Shown one piece after another: positions 1-9,988 of a DNA stretch of 64,000 nucleotides (position 1 is the stretch's first letter; each line of letters opens with the position of its first letter). The notes beneath the pieces were generated by a model, which did no database searches, was not told the origin of the DNA, and was given only the letters and a program-made list of their open reading frames with translations. Both the position numbers and the translations under genes were made by a program. This DNA comes from Candidatus Onthomorpha sp. (GTDB lineage: Bacteria; Bacteroidota; Bacteroidia; Bacteroidales; P3). The stretch is from assembly GCA_045577535.1 (NCBI GenBank), contig JAZNIO010000029.1:25478-89477 (forward strand). The letters run 5' to 3'.

Positions 1-1047
1 TTGACTCAATGGATAGGAGGATTGGGGTTTGCCTTTCTTGTGATTGTTTTCGTAAGAGACTTTCCCGACGGAGCGAAAAACCTTTTCAATGCCGAATTTA
101 ACTCAATCGAGAAAGAGAAAGACCGTCCGCACATAAAGAACACCGTATTCAAATTATTCGTTCTTTATTCCATTTTCACGATTCTTTGTTTCATTTTGCT
201 GAATCTTGGAGACATGGACACCTTTGAGGCGATTTGTCATACCTTTGCGACGATTTCCACGGGCGGATTCACAGTCAGCGATGCCAATATAGCAGGATAT
301 GGCGATTATTCCCGAACGGTGATCATGGTTTTCATGTTTCTTTCGGGCATAAGCTACTTTCTTATCATTTCTTTCATGAACGGCAAGTTCAAAAAGACGT
401 TCAAAGACGAGCAATTGAGGACGTATGTCGGTGTTATTTTGTTATTTGTGCTTGGATTTTTCTTCTATTTCACTCTTTCCGGACAAGCAGACGTCAAAAC
501 CAACATAAAGACCTCTTTATTCTATGTTATATCGACCGTAAGCACCACAGGATTCGATCTGAAATCAAATAATCTCGGAGTGTTTTCCTCAGCCTGTCTG
601 ATAATTCTCATGTTCATCGGCGGCTGTAGCGCATCCTCTTCGACAGGTCTTAAAATGATTCGTTTCAATATTCTTTTGAAATACATACCTGTTGCAATCA
701 AGCGAATGTTTCACCCTCGTGCGATAATACTTGTAAGATACAACGGCAAAGGATTAAGAGATGAGGAGGTAAAACCAATATTCGGATTTTTCTTTTTGTT
801 TTTGGCAATATTCATGATAGGAATCATTGCCCTCACAATGGCAGGAAACGAAATCATTTCTTCGCTTGCTTTGTCTGCGGCTTCAATCAGTAACATCGGA
901 CCGATAATCGGAACGTTTGCAGACGGCTTTTCGTATGCCGAACTCAATGTTGCATCCAAGTCGATTTTGATTGTGTTGATGTTGATAGGGCGTTTGGAAA
1001 TATTTGCCTTTTTTGCAGTTTTTTCGCCAAGCGTTTGGAAGAAGTGA
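1..1047 (+). CDS. trkH: TrkH-family K+ transporter membrane subunit (5' end cut by window edge)
   Basis: Open from base 1. Polytopic membrane protein that aligns with residues ~138-485 of the adjacent full-length paralogue (LTQWIGGLGF vs LTHWIGGVGI; STGLKMIR vs GGLKLVRV; IGRLEIFAF vs LGRLEIATV). Confidence 0.85.
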   Translation: MTQWIGGLGFAFLVIVFVRDFPDGAKNLFNAEFNSIEKEKDRPHIKNTVFKLFVLYSIFTILCFILLNLGDMDTFEAICHTFATISTGGFTVSDANIAGYGDYSRTVIMVFMFLSGISYFLIISFMNGKFKKTFKDEQLRTYVGVILLFVLGFFFYFTLSGQADVKTNIKTSLFYVISTVSTTGFDLKSNNLGVFSSACLIILMFIGGCSASSSTGLKMIRFNILLKYIPVAIKRMFHPRAIILVRYNGKGLRDEEVKPIFGFFFLFLAIFMIGIIALTMAGNEIISSLALSAASISNIGPIIGTFADGFSYAELNVASKSILIVLMLIGRLEIFAFFAVFSPSVWKK

Positions 1048-1065
1048 AAATAGAAAAGAACAATT

Positions 1066-2523
1066 ATGAAGGCTGAAAATGTAAAACAGTTTTTGATATT
1101 GATCAGAGTGTTGGGGCTTTTGCTGATGATAGAAGCAGGCTTCATGTTTCTATGTCTTATTCCTGCCGCTTATTATGGGCAAGGGGATTTTCTGCCTCTT
1201 CTTTTCTCGGGACTGATTACTTTTTCCGTTGGAGCGATTGGGCGTTTCTCGTGCAGGAATGTAAAAACCGACATAGACAAACGGCTCGGCATGCTGATAG
1301 TTGCCTCAATCTGGATTGTGATGACGATATTCGGCACACTGCCTTATCTTTTGAGTGGAAGCGTTCGAGATTTGACAACAGCCGTTTTTGAAACCATTTC
1401 GGGATTTACCACAACCGGAGCAAGCAATCTTCCTGATATGGAATCACTTCCTAAAGGCGTTTTGTTTTGGCGAAGTCTCACTCATTGGATTGGCGGAGTC
1501 GGTATTGTCGTGATAGTCATTTCGTTCATTCCTTTCGTGGGAGGAGGAGCCATGGCTTTGTTTTCGGCAGAGACAACGGGACCTAACAAAACCAGAATCT
1601 CACCTCACATAGGCGAAACAGGCAAAATCATTTGTTCAATCTACTTTGCACTGACCGCAATCTGCTGTTTGGTATATTGGCTTTGCGGAATGGATTTCTA
1701 TGATGCGGTTAATCACGCCTTTTCCACGCTTGCATCGGGCGGATTCTCGACAAAGAACGCATCAGCCGCCGCTTTTTCGCCATTGTTGCAATACATGATG
1801 ATTCTGTTCATGATTCCTGCGGGAATAAACTTCATATTGATTTACTATTGCATAAAAGGACAATTCTCTCATTTGAGAAAAAGCGAAGAATTCAGGGTTT
1901 ACATTTTCGGAATACTGATTGCGACGGCATTGATTTTCGTATTCATACTTCCGCAGTCGCAAGACGTTGAACAAGCTCTGAGAAGTGCATTGTTTCAAAC
2001 AGTATCCATTTTCACATCCACGGGATTTGTCTCTGAGGATTACACACTCTGGCATTCCTCCGCTGTATTGGTTTTGATGCTTCTTATGTTTTCGGGAGCG
2101 ATGAGCGGTTCTACGACTGGAGGATTGAAATTGGTTCGTGTGATTCTGCTATCCAAGAATGCCGTTCGCATAATCAAGCAAGGTGTTCATTCGAATGCCT
2201 ACATTCCGATAAAGTTAGACGGAAAGGTAACAAAGGAAGGCGTGATGGATAACGTGATGGTGATTTTTCTTTTGTGTATAATAATGTTGCTTTTGTGCAT
2301 TGCGGGACTTCTTCTCACGGGTTTGGAACTTGAAGAAGCGTTGGGAGCGGCGGTAAGCTGTACTTTCAACATGGGACCCGGCTTAGGAAGAAACGGAGGT
2401 TTCGGTTCGTATGCCTATATGCCCGATACAGCCAAGTGGATTCTTTCCGTGGTGATGTATCTCGGACGTTTGGAGATTGCAACCGTTGTGGCGTTGTTCA
2501 TGCCTTCGTTTTGGAGAAAATAG
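1066..2523 (+). CDS. trkH: TrkH-family K+ transporter membrane subunit (full length, 485 aa)
   Basis: About 10-12 TM helices, repeated pore-loop-like TTGAS/STGF/GGLK motifs and a LGRLEI C-terminus. Starts 18 nt after the previous TrkH paralogue. Confidence 0.9.
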   Translation: MKAENVKQFLILIRVLGLLLMIEAGFMFLCLIPAAYYGQGDFLPLLFSGLITFSVGAIGRFSCRNVKTDIDKRLGMLIVASIWIVMTIFGTLPYLLSGSVRDLTTAVFETISGFTTTGASNLPDMESLPKGVLFWRSLTHWIGGVGIVVIVISFIPFVGGGAMALFSAETTGPNKTRISPHIGETGKIICSIYFALTAICCLVYWLCGMDFYDAVNHAFSTLASGGFSTKNASAAAFSPLLQYMMILFMIPAGINFILIYYCIKGQFSHLRKSEEFRVYIFGILIATALIFVFILPQSQDVEQALRSALFQTVSIFTSTGFVSEDYTLWHSSAVLVLMLLMFSGAMSGSTTGGLKLVRVILLSKNAVRIIKQGVHSNAYIPIKLDGKVTKEGVMDNVMVIFLLCIIMLLLCIAGLLLTGLELEEALGAAVSCTFNMGPGLGRNGGFGSYAYMPDTAKWILSVVMYLGRLEIATVVALFMPSFWRK

Positions 2524-2616
2524 AATAAAGATTCATTTGAGCGAAATCAAGATTCGGCAAATTAAAACAAAGAATCATTTTACTGAAATCAAGAAACAAT
2601 TCACTAAAAACAAATA

Positions 2617-2649
2617 AAAAACCTGCTTTTTGTCATTAAGCAGGTTTTT
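2617..2649. terminator. Bidirectional rho-independent terminator between convergent trkH and rsmG
   Basis: AAAACCTGCTT / AAGCAGGTTTT stem with an A-run before and a T-run after. Confidence 0.6.
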
Positions 2650-2692
2650 AATGTGTTGTGTGGAAATTTGTTCGCTGTTTTGCTTTTGTCTT

Positions 2693-3352
2693 TCAGCCTT
2701 TTATGTAAACCACCTTTTTGGTTTCGAAGAACTCGTCTTCAAAATAATCGCTTATGTTAAAGACCTTGTACGGCTTTTTAACCGTTGATAATTCTTCGGT
2801 CAAATCTCCGCCTTTCAGATATAAGATGCCGTTCGGCAAATCATGGTAGCGTATGTTCGAAAACTTGCCTGCGGTCCATGGAATGAAGTCCTCGAAAGAT
2901 GTAACGGCACGGCTGATTATGAAATCAAACTTCTCCTGTACTTTTTCGGCTCTTGTCTGCATGCTTCTCACGTTCTGCAGGTTCAAAGCTTCGGTTATAG
3001 CCTGCACAACTTTGATTTTCTTGCCTATTGAATCGACTAAAAAAAACTTTGTCTTGGGAAACATTATCGCAAGCGGCAATCCGGGAAATCCTCCTCCGGT
3101 TCCGATGTCGAGAATGTTGCATTCGGGTTTGAATTTGCAAACTTTCGCAATTGCCAACGAGTGAAGAATGTGATGGACAAAAAGATTCTCGGTGTCTTTT
3201 CTTGAAATCAGATTTATCTTTTCGTTCCATTGCAAAAATTCTTCTTGGAATCGTTCGTACAAATCCAACTGAGTGTCTGTCAATTCGGGAAAACAACTTT
3301 TCAATTTCTCTTTCATATAGTCTGTGTCTTTGTCCTGTTGTTTATTTTTCAA
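2693..3352 (-). CDS. rsmG: 16S rRNA (guanine527-N7)-methyltransferase RsmG/GidB
   Basis: SAM-binding motif DIGTGGGFPGLPLAI. Length (219 aa) and overall layout are typical of RsmG. Confidence 0.9.
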   Translation of the reverse strand: MKNKQQDKDTDYMKEKLKSCFPELTDTQLDLYERFQEEFLQWNEKINLISRKDTENLFVHHILHSLAIAKVCKFKPECNILDIGTGGGFPGLPLAIMFPKTKFFLVDSIGKKIKVVQAITEALNLQNVRSMQTRAEKVQEKFDFIISRAVTSFEDFIPWTAGKFSNIRYHDLPNGILYLKGGDLTEELSTVKKPYKVFNISDYFEDEFFETKKVVYIKG

Positions 3353-5822
3353 GTTCTGTTTCAGGGTACATTTGATTCCAAAGAGCAGGGTCGCCTTTCA
3401 AATATTTGTCAAACCAAGCGAAAATCGTCTTGTTCCATTTCAGACGTTTCTTATAGTCCATGATTCCGTGGTCTTCTCCTTTCACGTTTACGAATTCCAC
3501 ATTCTTGCCCAATATTTTCAAGGCATTGTACATTTGAATGCTTTCTCCGATAGGTACATTGGTGTCTGAGATTCCGTGTAACAAAAGAAGAGGAGTGTTG
3601 ATCTTGTCTGCGTTGAACAGAGGTGAGTGTTCAGTGTACAGTTTCGGCGAATTCCAAGGATAGGAATGGGCACTCGCTGCAGCCGAATAGCCATATCCCC
3701 AATATCCTTCGCCCCAATAGGAAGTTATGTTCGAGATTCCCGCATGCGAAATGGCGGCTGCGAAGATGTCAGTCTTGCTTACAAGGTATTGAGTCATGAA
3801 TCCGCCGTAGCTGGCTCCCATACAACCGATTTTTTCCGCATCTACAAACGGATGAGCCTTGCAAAAATCTTTCACACACTTGATAATCTCGTCCGCAGTC
3901 TTGTCTCCCCACGCATTAACGTGCCTTGCGGCAAATTCTTGTCCGTATCCGATTGTGCCTGATGGGTTAAGAACGTACACAACAAAGCCTCTGGCAGTGT
4001 AAAGGTAAGGACTGTAACGCGAAACGAAAGTTCTGTCGGTCGGAGTCGTGCCTCCGTAATAATAAACTATCAAAGGGTATTTTTTATTTGCGTCAAAGTC
4101 GCTCGGAAGGTAGTATCTGCCTTCAATCAAACCTGTTTTCGTTTCGTTGTTCCAAACTTCCATTTTACCCAAATCAAGTTGTGCGTACTCTTTTTGCTTA
4201 GGGAAGTAAATCTCTTTGCAGTTTCCATTTTCTGTTTCGAACAATCGGTCGGGTTTATTGTAGTTTTGTCCGATGAAAAGGGCGTAAGAATTGTTCGGAG
4301 TGCAAGTATAATCGCTTATGATGTCGCAAGGAAGGTTCTCTTTCTCGATTTTGAAGTTTTCTTTCGGCAAAAGCTTGTAAACATTCACCGAATCCTTGTC
4401 GGTACACAGCATAACGACTTTATCGCCTTTAACATCGAAAGAATTAACCGAAGGATTGAAATCTTTCAAAACAGGAATCGGAGTTCTTTTCTCAAGATCG
4501 TAAGCTATTATTGTGTTGTGATAGATGTTTGGAATTTGATTTTTCTTAACCTTTGCCGAAACCGAGTTGAATGCTTCGCAAGATGCACTGAGTAGAAGCA
4601 TGTTGTCGTCGAAGTATTTCGCATTGCTGACAAAGCTGTCTTTGAACAGCGAATCCAAAGCAAGGGTCTGCAAATCCAATTCATAGAATACGTTGTATCC
4701 GAACGGACGTTCGGTCATTTTTTCATAGGAAACGCAAATCAAAGCTTTGGTGTCGTCTTTTCTTATATCGCATAGATATACGTTATGGTGAGAATAAGTC
4801 AAGCGTTGCAAAGCCCCTTCAGCCAAACGATAGAGGTACAAATCGCTTCTCTTACGCCATTGATCGCTTATCCTATCATCGGGAGCCAAAAGCCTGTAAA
4901 CATCTTCTTTCTTTTGAGTCGAAGTCTCGTTAATGGTGATTATGAATCCTTGTTCGTTGTTCAAAAAATTTATTCCGCCTTCTGGAATGTCTCTTGCAAT
5001 GATTTCTTCACTCAAAGTCTCGGGATTGAATATCACAAGCGAATTTCGTTCGTCTGTTTTTTTTGTGTAGTAAAGCAAATCGCTGTTCGGAAGCCATGCA
5101 ATGTTGAAATTGCTGTCGCTTTCCTTCAATATCTTGTTGTCTTTCGTGCTTTTGAGTTGCCACTTCCAGCTATTCTTGCCTTTGGAATCGGTATCGTAAA
5201 ATTTCAAAAGGTAAAAGTTTCCCGTAGGAGAAAGATTCACCGAATAGAGATGACGTCCCAAAAGCATGTTTTCCAAAGTCTGAGCCTGCTTGCTGTCAGT
5301 TGCTTTAATCTCTGCCGATTCGCTTTTGCAGATTATTTGAAGCGTCGATTCGTCATTTTGAAGCATAAGCGTGATACGCATGTCATACACACCGCTTTCA
5401 TATTCGGCTTCGATGGTTGTCGTATCGATTTCATTGTTTTTTTTATCCTTGCTCGCATTTGCGAAATCGGCTTTGAAGGCTGTTGAAGACACTATGTCGA
5501 AAGCGACTTTTCCGTGCTTGGAAACAAACATCTTGAAGGCAAGGCTCACAAAGCGTGTCTTTTCATCTTGTTTCGAGAAATGGAACACCCCGTCCGAATC
5601 AGCATGAAGGCGTTGTATGTAATCTCCTTCAAAAGCCGGAATGCTCAATGAAGCAGACAAATCAAATCGTTTGCCGTTCACATCGGTCGAATCGATGATT
5701 GCCGGAGCTGCAAGGCTGTAATCTTTGTACAAATCAAGACTTTCAACGTTTTTCTGTGCCATTGAAGCTAATGAACAGAAGAAACATAAACATAAAACAT
5801 AAAATCTTTTCATTTCAATCAA
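3342..5822 (-). CDS. Secreted S9 family serine peptidase (prolyl oligopeptidase / dipeptidyl-aminopeptidase type)
   Basis: N-terminal signal peptide, long beta-rich N-terminal part and a C-terminal alpha/beta hydrolase domain with nucleophile elbow GASYGGFMT. Overlaps the rsmG start by 11 nt. Confidence 0.85.
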   Translation of the reverse strand: MIEMKRFYVLCLCFFCSLASMAQKNVESLDLYKDYSLAAPAIIDSTDVNGKRFDLSASLSIPAFEGDYIQRLHADSDGVFHFSKQDEKTRFVSLAFKMFVSKHGKVAFDIVSSTAFKADFANASKDKKNNEIDTTTIEAEYESGVYDMRITLMLQNDESTLQIICKSESAEIKATDSKQAQTLENMLLGRHLYSVNLSPTGNFYLLKFYDTDSKGKNSWKWQLKSTKDNKILKESDSNFNIAWLPNSDLLYYTKKTDERNSLVIFNPETLSEEIIARDIPEGGINFLNNEQGFIITINETSTQKKEDVYRLLAPDDRISDQWRKRSDLYLYRLAEGALQRLTYSHHNVYLCDIRKDDTKALICVSYEKMTERPFGYNVFYELDLQTLALDSLFKDSFVSNAKYFDDNMLLLSASCEAFNSVSAKVKKNQIPNIYHNTIIAYDLEKRTPIPVLKDFNPSVNSFDVKGDKVVMLCTDKDSVNVYKLLPKENFKIEKENLPCDIISDYTCTPNNSYALFIGQNYNKPDRLFETENGNCKEIYFPKQKEYAQLDLGKMEVWNNETKTGLIEGRYYLPSDFDANKKYPLIVYYYGGTTPTDRTFVSRYSPYLYTARGFVVYVLNPSGTIGYGQEFAARHVNAWGDKTADEIIKCVKDFCKAHPFVDAEKIGCMGASYGGFMTQYLVSKTDIFAAAISHAGISNITSYWGEGYWGYGYSAAASAHSYPWNSPKLYTEHSPLFNADKINTPLLLLHGISDTNVPIGESIQMYNALKILGKNVEFVNVKGEDHGIMDYKKRLKWNKTIFAWFDKYLKGDPALWNQMYPETELEK

Positions 5823-6040
5823 GTGTTTTTGATATTTTTTACCATAAAATAAAACTAATCTGCAAAATTAAGCATTTACTTCCGAACACGCTGTAAATCG
5901 AATCTAATAAACGTAAAATTAAATCAAAGAAACAATTTTTTGTTTTCAAGAAACAATCCAACGAAACAAAGAATCATTTTGGTGAAATACGAAATGAATT
6001 GTTTTTTGCGTTGAAATCATAGAATCAAACCCAATAAGAA

Positions 6041-6508
6041 ATGAACGATAAGGAATATATGCAGATGGCAATCAAGTTTGCGAAGGACAATGTGGCAAAT
6101 GGCGGAGGTCCTTTCGGTGCCGTGATAGTCCGAAACGGGGAAGTGGTGGCTTGTTCGGGTAACAGCGTTACTTTGGACAATGATCCGACGGCTCATGCCG
6201 AAGTAAACTGCATACGCAAAGCTTGTAAGAAATTGAACACTTTTGATTTGAGCGGTTGCGTTCTTTATTCCTCTTGCGAGCCTTGCCCGATGTGTTTGTC
6301 GGCTGTTTATTGGGCAAGATTGGATAGGCTTGTATATGCGGCAACTCGAAAAGATGCAGCAACGGCAGGCTTTGACGATGATTTGATTTACCAAGAGATT
6401 CCTCTCGAAGACGACAAGCGTAGTTTGAAATGCGAACACATGAGCATAGAAACAGCCTCAATGCCTTTCGATTTTTGGAACGAAAAAGCCGATAAGACGG
6501 AATATTAG
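6041..6508 (+). CDS. Zinc nucleoside deaminase, GuaD-type guanine deaminase-like
   Basis: CMP/dCMP deaminase motifs HAE and CEPCPMC. GGGPFGAVIV and DPTAHAEV resemble Bacillus GuaD as I remember it. Confidence 0.8.
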   Translation: MNDKEYMQMAIKFAKDNVANGGGPFGAVIVRNGEVVACSGNSVTLDNDPTAHAEVNCIRKACKKLNTFDLSGCVLYSSCEPCPMCLSAVYWARLDRLVYAATRKDAATAGFDDDLIYQEIPLEDDKRSLKCEHMSIETASMPFDFWNEKADKTEY

Positions 6509-6515
6509 TTTGTCG

Positions 6516-7172
6516 TCAGATTTGTTCGGAGCGTTTTTTGGATGCGTAAAATTTACAACAATCTTTGAGCGTACATTCTTCGCATTCGGGTTTGCGAGCC
6601 TTGCAGATGTAGCGTCCCAACAATATAAGGCGATGATGAAGCAGGGCTATGTCCGATTCATTCTTCAGATTGCTCATCAGTTGCTTTTCTGTATCGAGAG
6701 GTGTCTTTGCTTTGTCTGTCAGACCTATGCGACGGCTGACGCGATGCACGTGAGTATCGACCGGCATCACCGATTGGTTGTAAAGAACCGCACAAATAAC
6801 ATTTGCCGTTTTGCGTCCGACTCCGGCAAGTGTTGTCAATTCTTCTCTCGTTTCAGGTAAGATTCCGTTGTAAACCGATTCGAGTCGTTGCGACATTTTG
6901 AGAAGATTCCTGCTTTTGGCATTCGGATAGGATATACTTTTGATGTAATGCAGTATCTCTTCTTCCGAACTTTCGGACATTTCTTTTGCGGTCGGGAATC
7001 GCTTGAACAATTCCGGCGTAACAAGGTTTACGCGTTTGTCTGTGCACTGTGCCGAGAGTATAACCGCAACCAAAAGTTGGAAAGGCGTGTTGTAGTTCAA
7101 TTCTGTTTGAGCATCGGGAAACATATCTTTCAATCGCTCAAAGGCAATGGCGTATCGTTCTGCTTTTCTCAT
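6516..7172 (-). CDS. nth: Endonuclease III (DNA glycosylase/AP lyase)
   Basis: HhH-GPD motif LAGVGRKTANV and C-terminal 4Fe-4S cluster CKARKPECEECTLKDCC. Confidence 0.95.
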   Translation of the reverse strand: MRKAERYAIAFERLKDMFPDAQTELNYNTPFQLLVAVILSAQCTDKRVNLVTPELFKRFPTAKEMSESSEEEILHYIKSISYPNAKSRNLLKMSQRLESVYNGILPETREELTTLAGVGRKTANVICAVLYNQSVMPVDTHVHRVSRRIGLTDKAKTPLDTEKQLMSNLKNESDIALLHHRLILLGRYICKARKPECEECTLKDCCKFYASKKRSEQI

Positions 7173-8254
7173 TTTTCGTTCAGTTCGAATTCGACAATGA
7201 CCGGCTTATGGTCGGAAAAAACGTAGTCTCCGCAAAGATAAGTGAGCGGTTTTATGCCTTCAGAGCAGAGAATGTAGTCAATACGATACGAAGGCAAAGG
7301 TCCGACATACGTTCCCGAAAATCCGCTGCCGACTTCGCAGAAACTGTCAGACGCATATTTGGAAAACTCGTGATAGGTGTAAGAAAAGGGCGTCGAATTG
7401 AAGTCTCCGACGACGATGTATCTGTGTTTTGTTTGTTGCAAAAGGTCAATCACCTGTCTTGTTTCCGAACTCCGAATCTTGTTTGCCGAAATCAACTTGC
7501 CTACAATGCTTTTCGACGTTTCTTTATCCAAGACTTCACCTTTTGTTACTTTGCCTACTTGTTCTTTTTCTTCGGGAAGGATTTTATAAGACGCCAAATG
7601 AATATTGTACACTCTGAAAGTGTTTTTCCCTTTCTTTACATCGGCAAAGGTAAAAGAATGAAAATTCTCTATCATTGGGAAGATACAGCCGGAGCGTTTA
7701 ATGTCGTATTTCGAGTAAATGCAGTTTCCGCTCACCGACCACTTGTTGCTTTTTGGCGAATAGTGATATTCGTATCCCAACTCTTCAATCAGACGACGGT
7801 GAAACGAAGTTTGCCCTTTTTTAGCCGAAGAATACTCTTGAAGACATATTATGTCGGGATTCTCATTCTTGATTGCATTGAATATGGAATCGCAATTGCG
7901 TTGTCTCAATTCGGAAGTCTGTTGAGTTTCGTGGGAGAAGTTTTCGACGTTATAAGTCATTATTTTAATTTTTTCGGTTTCGCTTTGTGCGGTTCTTTCT
8001 CCCGAAAATCCGACAAGGCGGGGTATGTATCCGAATCCTATAAAGACCACTCCCAATGGAACAAACAGAAATTTCCATTTCCAAAACGCCCAAAGCAAAC
8101 AAAACAAAAGGTTGATTAGAAGTGCAAAAGGGTAGAGGTAATTGAAGAGAGATAGAAACGGAAAGGCTTCCGGGCGTATGTAAGAGCCGGCGTATGTTCC
8201 CAAAATGATGAGAACGAAAACCATGTTTACGATGTACAAAATTCGTTTAATCAT
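7169..8254 (-). CDS. Membrane-anchored endonuclease/exonuclease/phosphatase (EEP) family protein
   Basis: Three N-terminal TM helices followed by EEP motifs (MTYNVENF, GDFNSTP, SDHKPV). Overlaps nth by 4 nt. Confidence 0.8.
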   Translation of the reverse strand: MIKRILYIVNMVFVLIILGTYAGSYIRPEAFPFLSLFNYLYPFALLINLLFCLLWAFWKWKFLFVPLGVVFIGFGYIPRLVGFSGERTAQSETEKIKIMTYNVENFSHETQQTSELRQRNCDSIFNAIKNENPDIICLQEYSSAKKGQTSFHRRLIEELGYEYHYSPKSNKWSVSGNCIYSKYDIKRSGCIFPMIENFHSFTFADVKKGKNTFRVYNIHLASYKILPEEKEQVGKVTKGEVLDKETSKSIVGKLISANKIRSSETRQVIDLLQQTKHRYIVVGDFNSTPFSYTYHEFSKYASDSFCEVGSGFSGTYVGPLPSYRIDYILCSEGIKPLTYLCGDYVFSDHKPVIVEFELNEK

Positions 8255-8703
8255 AGAGAATCTCCGATTGAGGTTTTGTGGTTTTGTTTTTCGGTTTTGG
8301 TATTTTGTTCAGCCTTTTCATCGGGAGTGATGTCGGCAGTCGAATTGTCGAAAACGTCCATCAACCAATCCTCTTTTGCTTTGATGAGTTTCCACACACA
8401 TTCCGTTTCATTGTCAAACTGATCGATCGCAACGACTTTTGCAACGGCTTTCGTTCCTTTTATTTCCACCGATTTTATTTCCCATTCCTTGTAAACCACA
8501 ATGTCGTCTCCGAAAGTTTCTACGAAGTTCAACCATTTTGTCATTTGAGGAGAACAGATCTGATTCAAAGTTTTGAAATCTTTTTTGTTAATGTTCTCGT
8601 AAAAGGAATCGAGAGTTGATTTTATGTTTTGTTCATCGACATCGGTCTTTGTGCATGAGAGTGCGACGAAAACAAAAATCAATATCATAAATGCTTTTTT
8701 CAT
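8251..8703 (-). CDS. Small lipoprotein, NTF2/SnoaL-like (function unknown)
   Basis: Lipoprotein signal ending ALSC. Overlaps the EEP gene by 4 nt, so lipoprotein, EEP and nth likely form one operon. Confidence 0.6.
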   Translation of the reverse strand: MKKAFMILIFVFVALSCTKTDVDEQNIKSTLDSFYENINKKDFKTLNQICSPQMTKWLNFVETFGDDIVVYKEWEIKSVEIKGTKAVAKVVAIDQFDNETECVWKLIKAKEDWLMDVFDNSTADITPDEKAEQNTKTEKQNHKTSIGDSL

Positions 8704-8757
8704 GGCTCAAAAACAATGCTTAAATGTTTCGAAATGCAAAAATATGCAATATTGTTG

Positions 8758-8765
8758 TAAATTTG
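8758..8765 (+). promoter_or_regulatory. Bacteroidota -7 promoter box TAAATTTG (followed by CA) upstream of yggS
   Basis: Matches the TAnnTTTG consensus of the Bacteroides primary sigma factor. Lies in a divergent intergenic region. Confidence 0.45.
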
Positions 8766-8858
8766 CAGTTTGAAAAACGAAAAATTATCATTTCGAATCG
8801 ATGAATGCCGTCTGCATAAGCTCGATTTACCGATTCGAAACAACAAACAAATTCAATC

Positions 8859-9539
8859 ATGTCTATAGCGGAAAACATAAAACATTATCAGTCGCAAATG
8901 CCTGCCCAAACCAGACTGATAGCTGTTTCAAAGACCAAACCGGTTGAAGATTTGCTGCAAGCGTATGAGGCAGGGCAGAGATTGTTTGGCGAAAACAAGG
9001 CTTTGGAAATGAGAGATAAACATGAGGTGTTGCCGAAAGATATTCTTTGGCACTTCATCGGGCATCTTCAAACCAATAAAGTGAAATACATAGTGCCGTT
9101 TGTGAGTATGATTCACTCGGTTGACAGTCTCAAACTTTTGTGCGAAATCGACAAAGAGGCGAAGAAATGCGACAGAGTGGTGGATTGTCTTTTGCAAGTC
9201 GACATTGCACACGAAGAAACCAAGTTCGGAATGGATGATGAGCAGATCGAACAGTTGCTTTGTTCGGAACGCTTCGGCGAACTCGAAAACGTGAGAATCT
9301 GCGGGCTGATGGGAATCGGCTCGATAACCGATGATATGAACCAAACGCGAAAAGAGTTTCATCATCTCAAAGAATTATTCGAACGAATCAAAGAAAGATT
9401 TTTCCAAAACGAAGATTCATTCAAAGAACTTTCGATGGGAATGTCGCACGACTACGAAACGGCAATTTCGGAAGGCAGTACATTGGTTCGAATCGGCAGT
9501 TCGATATTCGGTTTAAGAGATTACGGTTCAAAGAATTAA
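8859..9539 (+). CDS. yggS: YggS-family pyridoxal-phosphate homeostasis protein
   Basis: PLP-lysine context AVSKTKP. 226 aa with an alanine-racemase N-terminal-like fold. Confidence 0.9.
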   Translation: MSIAENIKHYQSQMPAQTRLIAVSKTKPVEDLLQAYEAGQRLFGENKALEMRDKHEVLPKDILWHFIGHLQTNKVKYIVPFVSMIHSVDSLKLLCEIDKEAKKCDRVVDCLLQVDIAHEETKFGMDDEQIEQLLCSERFGELENVRICGLMGIGSITDDMNQTRKEFHHLKELFERIKERFFQNEDSFKELSMGMSHDYETAISEGSTLVRIGSSIFGLRDYGSKN

Positions 9540-9593
9540 GAAAAAATATTGTTTTTTGAACAATAGAATAACGGCATTTAGGAAATAAATTCG

Positions 9594-9601
9594 TACTTTT
9601 G
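9594..9601 (+). promoter_or_regulatory. -7 promoter box TACTTTTG (followed by CA)
   Basis: TAnnTTTG match 31 nt upstream of the PUR-like gene. Confidence 0.45.
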
Positions 9602-9631
9602 CAGTCGGATAAAAGATAACACTTAGTCAAA

Positions 9632-9961
9632 ATGGAAGAGAGAGAAAGAGAAGAAGTATTTTCAAAAGCAGTAAAAGCAGGAAAAAGAACGTATTTTTTC
9701 GATGTAAAGGAGACAAAACAGGGTGAGCGTTACATTACCATAACAGAAAGTAAGAGAAAGTTCGATAACGGCGATGGAACGTTCAGTTACGAGAAACACA
9801 AAATTTTTCTCTACAAAGAGGATTACGCAAAGTTCAAAAACGCCCTTGAAGGTGTGATAGGATTTGTTGAAACCGGTGAAATACCTGTTTTCGATGATGA
9901 AGAAATCAGCCGAATCGAAGACAGCTTTGACAAAGATATTGAAGAAATCAGATTTGAATAA
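9632..9961 (+). CDS. PUR-alpha-like nucleic-acid-binding protein (DUF3276 type)
   Basis: KAGKRTYFFDVKETKQGERYITITESKR is a PUR repeat signature typical of Bacteroidota. Confidence 0.75.
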   Translation: MEEREREEVFSKAVKAGKRTYFFDVKETKQGERYITITESKRKFDNGDGTFSYEKHKIFLYKEDYAKFKNALEGVIGFVETGEIPVFDDEEISRIEDSFDKDIEEIRFE

Positions 9962-9988
9962 GATTATAAAATGCGAAAGCAAAACATG

